From Podospora anserina (lineage: Eukaryota), in contig CM030333.1 in NCBI GenBank assembly GCA_017654855.1, positions 4,464,001-4,528,000 on the forward strand: a stretch of 64,000 nt of DNA, given 5' to 3'. Positions 1-11,281 of the stretch are shown in pieces (the first letter of the stretch is position 1; every line of letters begins with the position of its first letter). The position numbers and the translations under genes were made by a program. Under the pieces are notes generated by a model, which saw only the letters and a program-made list of their open reading frames with translations, ran no database searches and was not told the origin of the DNA.

Positions 1-600
1 CGGATCGTTTTTTCTTGCCTGGGACTCCCACTCTTGGGAGTGATAACATTCCACGTTGTTGATTTTGGTCTGGCCATTCAGTCATTTTTGTTTTAGAAGC
101 GAGAATTAACTCCCCCAAGATGTTTTGTGACTCTTTGGATTCGCTTGGTATCCAGCCTCGTAAGACGGCAAAAAACACAATCTCAAAAAGACTCGAAGAC
201 GTCGAGGATAATCCAGGGTTAGGGTCCCGCCACAAACTCGAATCCTGACTGCGCTCACTCTCGGTTTTCTCAAAAAGCAACTTCAGTTGATTTTTTCCAC
301 ATCAGTGTGTTCGTGAATAGATTCCCTTGTTTGTACCAATATGTTTGATGCTCTATTTTCCCACTATATTTGACGTTCTCGGGAAAAGCGGAGTATCTTG
401 GTCAGCAACAACCATCGGCGGTCCCTCACGGCCACTGCCGCCGCCGCCGATAGCAGCGCCGAGACTTTAAAACAAGTCGGCCAAACCCACTCACTCACTC
501 ACTTGGTCGCTGGGTGAACTCACCTTGCATGCTTGTTTCATAAACTTCAGAGACTCAAACTTCCCTTGTGAACACGACTTTTAAATATTTTTATTGAAAC

Positions 601-1935
601 ATGGAGGTGGAGGAGGATACGTCATGGAACGGCGTCGAACACACGGGCGAGGAGGCCATCGATGTCGATGAGCTAAGAGTCATGTATTGCGCTGCTGATT
701 CTTTCCAGTAAGTTTTCATCTCACCATCACATCACATACATATTGGATTGAAAATATTGACATGAGACGGCAGACAATACCCCCGCCTGGCCCACTACCA
801 AACCACCCACCTCCGCCGGCAGTCCTTCTACTCCCTCCCCCAAGCCCACCTCCGGCTCCTGTCATCCCCACCGTTCAACTACCTCGAAACGCTTTCCAAA
901 GTCGACGACTGCATCGACTCCAACGCCGAGCTGTCCAGGGCCATCTTCAAAGCTGCCCTCTCAAACTTCAACCTGGGGGTGCCCGACGAAAAGTCACGGA
1001 CTGCTACTGACACCCTTAAAATCCCGGATGAGTGGGCAGGCTGTGCAAAGAATGGGGATGTGGACAAGGCGAGGAGCACAATTCGTCAGTTCTACCGGGA
1101 CTGGTCGGCAGAAGGAAAAAGGGAGAGGGATGTCTGCTTCCGGAATGTCTTCAAGGTTGTTGAACAAGAGCAGAAGAGGTTGAAAGAAGGGGAGAAACTG
1201 CGGGTTTTGGTGCCGGGCGCGGGGTTGGGGAGGTTGGTGTTTGAACTGTTTCTACGGGGGTGTATAGCGGAGGGGAATGAGATTTCCTACCACCAACTGC
1301 TGGCGAGCTCTTACATCTTGAACTGCTGCGAGCGGGCGGGGCAGTACGAGGTTTTTCCTTGGGTGCATGGGTTTTCGAATCACAGGACAAGAAGGGATCA
1401 GTTTAGGGGGTACAAGGTGCCGGATGTGCACTGTATGAGCGAGACAATGAGGGTGCAGGAGGAGACGGGCAGGGTCGGCGAGATGAGCATGACGGCTGCG
1501 GATTTCTTGTGCGAGTACGCCAAGGAGGAAAACGCGGGGGCGTTTGATGTGGTGGCGGCGGTTTTTTTCCTCGATACGGCCCCGAACCTGATTAGGTATT
1601 TGGATGTGATTTATGGGTGTTTGAAGCCGGGGGGGGTGCTGGTGAACTTTGGGCCGTTGCTGTGGCATTTCGAGGGGGTGATGCCGAATAAGAGTGAGAA
1701 CCAGGCCCATATGAGCGGCGGGGATGATATGACGGGGATTGCGGAGCCGGGGAACTTTGAGCTGACGGATGAGGAGGTGATGGAGCTGGTGACAAAGGTT
1801 GGGTTCGTGGTTGAGTCGAGGGAGACGGGGGTCGAGGCGCCGTATATACATGATACCGAGTCCATGCTGCAGACTGTGTATCGAGCCAGTACGTGGGTTG
1901 CGAGGAAGCCGGTCATCAAGGCGGATACTTCTTAG
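601..1935 (+). CDS. Carnosine N-methyltransferase (N2227-like, SAM-dependent); 2 exons, intron 708-773
   Basis: ATG 601. GTAAGT at 708 and CAG at 773 join in frame to QQYPRLAHYQTTHLRRQSFYSLP. Family motifs STIRQFYRDWSAEG, VLVPGAGLGRL, EGNEISYHQL, FFLDTAPN, NFGPLLWHF. Confidence 0.92.
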
Positions 1936-2002
1936 AGGGTGCATATATTTATCTCAAAAAATAAAACAAAAATGCTCAAAATGCTAAATAACAACTCCTC
2001 TC

Positions 2003-2907
2003 TCAAAGCTTGGAATCCAACTGCCCCCTAGCCCACATAGCACCACCATCAATGGCGAAATCAGCACCGTTCACGTGGTTACTCGCCCGACTGCACAGAT
2101 ACACAATCGCACCAGCAATATCCTCCGGTCTCCCTAACCTCCTCATCGGGTTGGCATTGGCAAACGCATCATGCCCACCGCTCATCTCCAGCAGCCCATT
2201 GCTCATCTTGCTAGGGAAAAACCCAGGGCAGATGCTGTTCACGCTGATATGCCTCGGGCCCAATTCCACAGCCAAGTTCCTCCCCAGGTGAATAACCGCC
2301 GCCTTGCTAGCACTGTACCCATACGTGCCCTGCTTGCCCAAAGTACCAATCCCCAACCCAGCCACCGACGCAGTGATAATCACCTTTGACGGCGTCTCAA
2401 CGCTGGCGTTCTTGCTCATGAGGGGCACGAAGTCACGGATGAGGTTAAAGACGCCCTTGACGTTGAGGTCCATGACCTTGGCAAAGGCCGAGTCGGAGTG
2501 AGTGTCGATGTACTCGCCCCATGTGGCGCCGGCGTTGGCGAGGAGGATGTCGACGTGGTCGGTGTGCTTCTTCACCTGCTCGACGAGGTGGGTGACGCCG
2601 GCTTGGGTGGCGCAGTCGGCCGGCACAGAGATGGCCTTGGCGCCGGGGGAGAGGTTGGGGAGGGCGTTGAGGGTGGCGACGGCGGATTCGCAGGCGGCGG
2701 CCTTGCGCGAGGAGATGAAGACGAGGGAGGCGCCGGATTGGAGGATGCTAATGGGGGGTGTTAGTGACGTGATTGATACAGACTGACAGGATGAACATAC
2801 GCAGAAGCAGCACTCAACCCCAAACCACGGGAGCCACCGGTGATGACGGCAACCTTGCCCTTCAGGGAAAACAGGGACGAGAAGTCCTCGAGCTGAGCTT
2901 CGGCCAT
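2003..2907 (-). CDS. Short-chain dehydrogenase/reductase (RhlG/3-oxoacyl-reductase-like) with C-terminal PTS1; intron 2748-2800
   Basis: Spliced N-terminus MAEAQLEDFSSLFSLKGKVAVITGGSRGLG (TGxxxGxG), ANAG, catalytic YSASK, ends GQLDSKL*. Confidence 0.93.
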
Positions 2908-3121
2908 TGTATCGGTCTTGGTGTGAGAAAAGATGAGAGATGAAACAGACAGACAACTAGAATTGGGACAAAGGAGGTGGATGTTATAATTCCCAGCCCT
3001 CGAGGTATGTACCCGCTATATCGCTACCGCCGATCCGGTTCGGTTCCCTTTCCCGGGGTGGTGGAGCTTAACTCAGGGGGTTTATACTAGATCGTGGAAT
3101 CTGCGGGGAACCCCAGCCGTG

Positions 3122-3200
3122 CCTCGGCCTCGGTCCATCACCCCGCCCTTTAAAGCTACAACTCCGGCTTTAGCCTCGCCCAGGGGGAGACTAACCTCGG
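3122..3200. promoter_or_regulatory. Three CCTCGG motifs (FarA/FarB/Ctf1-type fatty-acid induction sites) upstream of the peroxisomal SDR
   Basis: CCTCGG at 3122-3127, 3128-3133 and 3195-3200, 215-290 bp upstream of ATG 2907. Confidence 0.55.
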
Positions 3201-3559
3201 CGATAAGCACATAGGTAAGAGGCAAGCTCTTTGATATCTTGCTGTCTTGACACTGGCCAATCATCTTACACTATCAGTAACATAAAAAGAAAGACCCAAA
3301 GTCTCAAGGATCGAATTGGTACAAAATACGCTCACAAAACTAAGTACAGTAGCTAAGCTAGCTGGATGGAAATTCCGCAACATCAGAAACCATAAAAGAA
3401 CAAGGCTGTGGCCTAGGTACCGGTGCTGTTACCAAATTTTGGCGTAGCCTATAGAGGATGCTCTTCCAACCACAGATTTCGCTTGGGAAAAAAAGCCCAA
3501 GGCTTCCTGAAAAGCACGTCAACACAAAGCAGCCCCAACGGCCGGTCAGTCTCCGAATT

Positions 3560-5867
3560 TTATACCTCCACCAAAGGAGCTTGAGCCTGAGGCTGGGGCT
3601 GTACTGGAGACTCCTCTTGCTGCCCATGGTCCGCTCCATCTTCATGTCCTGGTTGCTGCCCTTCCGTCTGGGCCTCCTGGGCTGCTCGAGCAGCGGCCCT
3701 CTCCCGTTCGGCAGCCTCTTCAGCAGCTCTCCTCTCCTCCCTTTCCCGCGCCTCCAGTTGCTGAATATGTCTCTCTGCAACCCCTGGCGCCAAACTGGCC
3801 AGAAGCAAGATACCTGCTCTCTCTAGCCACCTGGCCTGGTTTTGTAGCCAATTTCCATTAGCATTCCGTCTCTGCGCTACCAACCGCCGCGCAGTCTCCG
3901 CCGGATCGGGGTTGCCAGCCTGACCAGCCCCTGCTGGTGCGTTCTGTGCTGGTCTCTGTTGATTCTGATGTTCCGGATTGGGGATCAGGTTCTCAATATG
4001 CTCTCTGATGGGCTGAAACACTTCGTTGACCAAGGCGTTCAAAATCCCTGTATGGAACGCCAGGAGGATCAGGGACGCTATACTCAACGACAGCCACCGT
4101 TCCCATGAGGGGTTGCTGTAGGAGAACCAAAAGGCAAAAGCGGCCAGACGAATGATGAGCCACACGGTGGGCCAGGCAGCCACCACCCACCCTCCAGGGT
4201 TGCCCTGATGTCCAAACTGTGGAGGCCGGGCAAGAGGAGGGTTAGCTGGAGCTGCCACTTGGGCCTGCTGAACCCGATGCCGAAGGCCGTCGACAGGATG
4301 AGCCTGGAAACCTGCTTGGGCTTGTCCCTGCTGGGGTTGTACTGGCCCGTGAGCTGCTGCATTTGGGTTTGGCCAGAGAGGCGGTGGCACCGGTCCGGGT
4401 TGCGGCTGCTGGAAAGCCAATGGCATGGGGCTCGGTTGAAAAGGTGGCAGATACATGGCTGGCGGGGGATAGAACGGAGGTGGGTAGAAAAGAGGGCCTG
4501 CCATAGGAGGTACGCCGAAAGCCATGGGCTGGTAGACGTGCTGTGGTGGCCTCACAGGTAAAGCATGTGGCTGCCGCGAGGTGTACAGATCTAGAGGACT
4601 GTTTACCAGTAACGCACGAGGACCGGCCTGGTCGTACAAAATGTGAACCTCGAGATCATCCAAGGCCCGAGCTTGGGACTGTCCCTGTTGGCCCTGGGGT
4701 TGTGATTGAGATTGATTCTGTGGTGCTACCTGCCGCTGCAGCGGCGGAATACCATAGGCAGCATGTCTGGTGTGGGGATCTGGGGTCGCAGAACGACTGA
4801 CATGTCTGGATACACCGGGAAAGAGAGGCGTAGTCACCCCAGGTTGAATTGGCTGAATAGGCCCATTGGAATTCGCAAGATTAGCCGCCATGTTTGCTAA
4901 GGATGCGCCAGATGCACTTCTTTGCATCGCATCAGTGATGGTTTGCGAGGCCCTAGCGGCGTCATCACCATGGATCCAGTCACGAGTCTGGTTCGCAGAA
5001 GATGGGCGATGACTTCCAGGGTTGGATGTAGGACCGCCCGCTCCTGGAGCAGAGCCAGCGGCTGGCGCAACGACCTCGTTCTGAACAGTGATGCGTACTT
5101 GTTGTCCGTTGGGCCCAACCATATCCCGCGTCAAGGCATGCGCCGGGTGCTCAGCCCCCATGACCGGGCCGTGGTGTACGCCATCGAGAGGCGGAATACC
5201 ATATCCAAAGTGTCGTTGAGTATTCATATGCGCTACTTGCCGCTGAAAGGCCTCCCGCTGAAGGTGAGCACCCCACTGAACCATATCTTGGTGTTGTAGG
5301 TGATGGACCATGGGCTGTGGAGGCGGGATAAAGCCGGCGGCTGCCACACGAATTCCATGCTGAGGGTGAAACTGGATATGTGGCTGGCGGCCAAATGGAG
5401 GTTGCGCATGGTTGTTGGGAGGGGCATTCGCATTGCCAGGCGCAGGGCTCTGGCCATGGTTCGGTGTTGCGAGCTGGGGGGTGTTGCCAGACGGCTGGTT
5501 GACAACATCTCTGATCACCATATGAAGAGATTGTTGGTCGCCGCTTGATCGGATCTATAGCAACAGTATTAGCACACCAAGTCGAGAGAAAGCGACACAG
5601 TAACGTTACACTTACCACCTGTTCTGTAAAGACATCCAGCAATGTGTCGGTATCGCGCTGCAACAGATGGCCGCGGTAGATGAATCTGATTTGCTCGTCG
5701 GATGGTCGCGAGGGGAGTCCCTCTCGAACTTTGGCCTTGAGCTGGCGCAAAGTGGTAGCAGCTGGTGTTCGGGCGAAGCTTAGTGAGGTGCCGCTTGGTT
5801 GGATGAGGTTGAGGTTAACGACCAAGGGCGCATCCTCCTGTGGAGCGGCGACCTGCTCGTCCGCCAT
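3560..5867 (-). CDS. Ubiquitin-like-domain ER membrane protein (Usa1/HERP-like, ERAD); intron 5555-5615
   Basis: N-terminal UBL (TTLRQLKAKVREGLPSRPSDEQIRFIYRGHLL...LHMVIRD), long P/Q-rich middle, two hydrophobic segments (WLIIRLAAFAFWF; LSLSIASLILLAFHTG) and LLASLAPGVAERHI. Confidence 0.75.
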
Positions 5868-6777
5868 GTTTGCTGCTAATATCTGTCGGTCAAGATGATG
5901 GGTGGGCAATGGCGACGAGACTGGAGAGAAAAGGTGGGCGGCGCTGTCAATTATTCATGGAAGTCAAGAAAGACGCATGCCAGGCACGGACAGTCTGGGG
6001 CGCTCGGAGCGTCGATGTTGATGTGGGTGAGGGTGAGGTGGGCGCAAGCAAACAAGGGAGAGTCAGTCGGTCACGTCGCGGAGAAAAGGAGAGACCACGT
6101 TGTTGGAAAAGAGGGGAGCAAAATCGAACTTGTTGCGCATCCTATTGATGTGGAGAGGTAAAGTGTTATGTCTGAAATAAAAAAAAAGTCCGCTCTTCGC
6201 ATCGAAAAGAGAGAGCTGTTGTTGAGCACCACCCACGCTCACTGCCTTGCTCTTGCTCGGTCAGCTTCCAAATTCCACGCTGTCATTCAAGATGGAGGGT
6301 GCCCCCAGGTATCGGTACCCGACCACACGCTGGGTGGCCCCCTGTACACAGGAAATCAGCGGAATCACATGTGATTAATCAAACTATTCTGTAAAAAATA
6401 GGGGACACATGTACCCACCACACGCGACCAATGGTGCCCCCCCAAACGGCGCCTTGCCATCCCGGGATAACGGCTCTGGGCGGGAAACACCGTCGCATCC
6501 ACTGGTTCGCTCTCTCTTTCAGTCTGAAAAGCAAGCTGCGTCATGAGAGTGACGGCTTGAGCTAATCGTGCAGCTGTGCCGCCCTTGCGACCGGTTTATT
6601 TCTTGTGTGACTGACTTTGCGACTTTGCGGTATATCAACGGCCTGAGATTCCCCGCGCCTGCCCCCAGAGCCGCTGCTATTTTTTTTTTTGCAGGCAGGC
6701 CAACGATGCAGGTTCGTCAACATACACCGCCTTGCTCCCCTGGTTACGGATGAGAAAAAGTTATTAAAAGGGGCAAC

Positions 6778-8484
6778 ATGGCGTTTCCTCAGATTGGCCC
6801 TGCTTCGATCTCTGTCGGGTTACCTGTAGCTGGGTTGGCTCGCACCACACTCCTTCGACGCTCTCAGCGCCTCTCTCACCACCACCTCTCGCAAGCCGCC
6901 ACTCGTCGGGCACACTCGACACATCGATACGGCCGCCAGCAGCAGCGCCTCTTCGGCCAACGCTCCTTCTCCCAGCAGTCCCACCGGCCCAAGGCCGACT
7001 CCAAAGTGAACGACTCCAAGATTCGGTGGTATCCCATTCCCGTCGGCCTCGGCGTCGGCTTCCTGGGTCTGGTTCAGTTCTACAAGGTCTACTCGCGGGA
7101 GAAGGAACCTCAAGAAAATGGCGAACCAGAGAAGAAGCCAAAAAAGAGGCCACGGGTGAGGCCCGATGGACCTTGGTACGATATTTCACTCCAGATACAT
7201 ACTTGATCTTGAGGCACGAGGACAGAGGACTGACACATGGTTTCCAGGCAGGTGCAAATCATGTCGACTCTGCCATTGAAGGCCATGTCTCGGCTTTGGG
7301 GCAAGTTCAATGAGCTCGTCATTCCATACCACCTCCGTTCTCCTGGTTTCCGGCTGTACTCTTGGTTCTTTGGTGTCAACATGGACGAGATCGAGGAACC
7401 GGATATTCGCAATTTCCCCAACCTGGCCGCCTTTTTCTACCGTACCCTGAAGCCCGGTGCCCGACCCCTGGATCCGAACCCGAACGCTCTCTTGTCTCCC
7501 GCGGATGGTCGAGTTCTGCAGTACGGTCAGATCGAAGGCGGCGATATCGAACAGGTCAAGGGAATGACATATACCATCGATGCTCTCCTCGGTCAAAACA
7601 GCCCCTCGCCAAGTCTCTCCAGCAGCCAAGCCTCTCTCGAAAAGCTCATCAAGCCCGCCGCCCAGCGTGAACTCGAAGGCGACGAAGAACTGGTCAAGAG
7701 GGACGAAGAATTCGCCTCGGTTAACGGTATCTCGTACACCCTCCCCGATCTCCTGTCCGGTAACAAGAAGAAGAGAAAGAGCGACAGCTTCGACCAGCCC
7801 AAGGACGAATCCGTCACTCCCTCTGCCACCTCCGTCTCTGAAGTCCGCGCCGAGCTCGAGAAGGGTGAGAAGGCCTGGTACGATTATCTCACCCCCGGCA
7901 GCCGTCACGTCCTCTACTACGCCGTCATCTACCTCGCCCCCGGGGATTACCACCGCTTCCACTCACCCACCAACTGGGTCGTTGAGAGGAGACGCCACTT
8001 TGCCGGAGAACTCTACAGCGTGTCCCCGTATCTTCAGCGCACCATGCCCGGTTTGTTCACTCTCAACGAGCGTGTCGTTCTCCTTGGTCGCTGGCGCTGG
8101 GGTTTCTTCAGCTACGTCCCCGTTGGTGCCACCAACGTTGGTTCTATCAAGATCAACTTTGACAGGGAGCTCCGCACCAACAGCCTGACGACGGACACCG
8201 AGGCCGACAGGGCGGCCGAGGAGGCTGCTCAGCGCGGTGAGCCGTACCTTGGTTACGCCGAGGCCACGTACGAGGCTGCCAGCCAAGTCCTGAGGGGCCA
8301 CGCGCTGCGCAGGGGTGAGGAGATGGGCGGTTTCCAACTCGGCAGCACGATTGTTCTCGTCTTTGAGGCACCTGCTTCGGAGCACGATCCCGAGACTGGC
8401 AAGCACACCAGGGGGTGGTCGTGGAATGTTGAAAAGGGGCAGAGAGTCAAGGTTGGGCAGTCTTTGGGGCAGGTTGATATGTAA
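6778..8484 (+). CDS. PSD1: Mitochondrial phosphatidylserine decarboxylase proenzyme; intron 7176-7247
   Basis: Arg/Ser-rich presequence and TM segment; FFYRTLKPGARP, SPADGR, YLAPGDYHRFHSP, VGATNVGSI and the self-cleavage motif GGFQLGSTIVL. Confidence 0.95.
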
Positions 8485-8947
8485 AAGTTGGTATCCAAAA
8501 CGTCGGGGGAAAGAGGGGGGTTGTATATACCAAAGAGGGATTCGAAAATGTTTTTCAACTTTAATCGTGGGTAGATATTTGTGTTTTAATGCGGCAATCA
8601 ACTTGTTCGTTTATTCATAGTTTTGGGGGTCAGTTCCTATTCTAGCATGTTGGGTGTGGTTGGAAAAGTGGATAGAAGTTTTAAAAGTGTTGTTAAGATC
8701 TTGAAAATCCATCATCTATGATGCTCTATAGGTATATGTACATCTTCTCTCTAGGTTTCATTCCAGTCGTCTGTATCCGCCATCATTGAATAAAAGGGGT
8801 TATTTCATATTCTCTTAAACTTCTGAAAAAAAAAAAAAAACTGTTTCAACGCCCACTCACGATGTCTTCCACGCCTTGCTCTCAATGCCTGCTTATATTG
8901 TGCTTTGCAGTCCATTTCACGTTGTTGCTGGACCTGCTCCCAGCTCT

Positions 8948-9749
8948 CTAAGCAGAACCAAAAACCCTGTACTTTTGCTCCAAAGGCCCAAAGGTCTTCT
9001 CGCCTGGCTCGCCGGCCTTGCCGCCAAAGACGAGCTGAGCGGAGAGCTTCCACGTCGACGGGACGGACCACTCCTGCTGGACCTTCTGGTCGACGAGGGG
9101 GTTGTAGTGCTGGAGGTTGGCGCCCAGGCCTTCGGCTTCGAGGGCGGTCCAGACTGCGAACTGGAGCATGGCGCTTGAGTGGCCGGCCCAGGGGTCGAAA
9201 CTGTTTTTATACGTTAGCAAAAATTTCATATGGGGGGGTTGGATGGGAAAAGGGGACATACCGATCAGCATAAAGGGCAAACTTTTCCTGCATGCCCTTG
9301 ACGACGTCCTGGTCCTCAAAGAACAAAACAGTGCCTGCGCCGGCCTTGAACCCGGCCATGCGGGCGGCCGTCGAGGCGAAGTTCTCCTCGGGGACGATGG
9401 ACTTGAGGATGGCGGTGGTGATGTCCCAGAACTTGTCGTGCTCGGCGCCGAGGAGGACGACGACGCGGTTGGATTGGGAGTTGAAGGAAGAGGGGACGTG
9501 GAGGAGGGATTCCTTTACGATTTCTTGGACGCGGTCGGTAGAGATGGGGAGGGTCTTGTTGAGGGCGTAGATTGTGCGGCGGGCTTTGATGTGGGAGAGG
9601 AAGCCGTCAGCGCCCTGGACGGCGGGGGTGGTTTTGCTGGAGGAAAACATCTTGGGGGTAGTAATTGGTGTGGTGATAGGACGGGGAGTAGCAACTCTAT
9701 AGGTGGTGTTTTTGAGGAGTGTGCGAAGCGGGTGGGCGAATCTCTGCAT
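8948..9749 (-). CDS. Nitroreductase family protein (Frm2/Hbn1-like); intron 9201-9261; alternative start ATG 9650
   Basis: ARRTIYAL, HVPSSFNSQSNR, GAGTVLFFED, spliced to WAGHSSAMLQFAVWTALEAEGLGANLQHYNP and AQLVFG. Confidence 0.9.
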
Positions 9750-11281
9750 AGGAGCGGAAGACAAGATGGGATGATGGGTTGGTTGGTGATGAGATGAACT
9801 TATAGATAGATGTCAAAAAGGTGGGAAGGACCCCTTATATGTATCTACCTTCCTATGTCTGTCCTCTTTCCCTACGGACAGCAAAAGACGGGGTTCTACC
9901 CGGCAGAATTCGAGACCGACACCTTCCCCCCAACCCCCATCATGGAAGGAACCCTGGAGCATTTCTGCCGAGAGACCTCGAAAGATTCCATGAGCATCCC
10001 AAACCATCGCCAGACTCCACTTGGTACGTACGGATGGAGTTTTCTGCTTGCAAGCGGCTCACTCATCGAGTTGTCATCCATTTCAGCTACCAAATCTGTA
10101 TCCACTATTCATATCGTCTCGCTTGCTCGCGCGCGGTATTCCGATCTGTCCTGTATATAATACAATTACAACATACATCATTGATTATACATAAGCTTAG
10201 TACTCGTTCGACCGTTGGAGTTGCATGTCGCCCAGCTCCCTAACCAATGACAAGCAATCATACAGCCGAATTGGGGAAGTTGGCTGAAAACCAGTTCGTG
10301 GCTTCGGCACCAACGACAGCACGCCGCTGGGCTTTGAAAGCGCATTTCAAATGCTGACAAAATCCCGCTAAGACCACACCCCCACTTCTTTATCTATTGG
10401 GTAGCCGGACAGGGGGTGGGATCTGATCCATTGCTTGCTCGGCAGTCCCCGAGGTGCCAACCCCACCACGTGCCGTTGATGGAGGGGAGGGTTGAATCCT
10501 TGAACTGCCTGATTCAGTATTTATAAAGATACAAATGCCCCCCGTATGAGAAAGTATCAGGGGCATGGTGTCACAAGGCCTGACGGTTGCGCCATCTGGG
10601 ATGTCTCTTGGGTGAATAGACCATGCACACCTAATGTCACACCGTGGCCTTGAGAAACCAGCCTCAAATAGCCAAGAGATACATCGATCAATGATTTCGA
10701 TGTCATGGTAAGAAACCTCTGCTGCTAGATTATAACATATACAGTCCTCCATACATTCAGTGTCCGTCATTTCAAGACTCAAAGCTGTTCTTCTCACCCC
10801 CTCAACATCACATTCCCCCCTCTGCTGTGCAATGTTACACACCTCCACCAAGTCCCTGATGATCCCTCAACTGCAAATGCCGAGCAAAACAACGATTCCA
10901 TAAAGATAGAGTAAACATGTATATACATCAAGAGCCAGACCTATCCTTCATGTGCTCGTCGTCCTCCTAACACCCGCCCATACCCTTCATATACCCTCCA
11001 TGTTATATAGTTATTGTTGTTGTGTGTGCGCTTGTGTGTTTATCTTTTCTCTAGCAGACCAAAGCAAACCCCCAAAGAAAATCTTTACCATGGCTTCGAG
11101 CCCCAAAAAGTCTGGTATAAAAATCTCAAACATCTTTATGCGCCCACCAGCCAAAGCAATGAGAAAAGCAAGAACGCGATACAAAACTCCCGTCAAATGC
11201 ATGAAACGATACCGAAAGGGAGGATAAGAAACGTGAAGCCAAAGAAAATTTTGTCAAAAAGACTACAAATCCTGAACCACC

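Noticed and set aside
215-224. AGGGTTAGGG telomere-like word
   Set aside because: Fewer than two repeats; could be chance or a promoter word.
10390-10851. 153-aa Cys-rich minus-strand ORF
   Set aside because: Non-ATG start, no codon bias and no recognisable motif.
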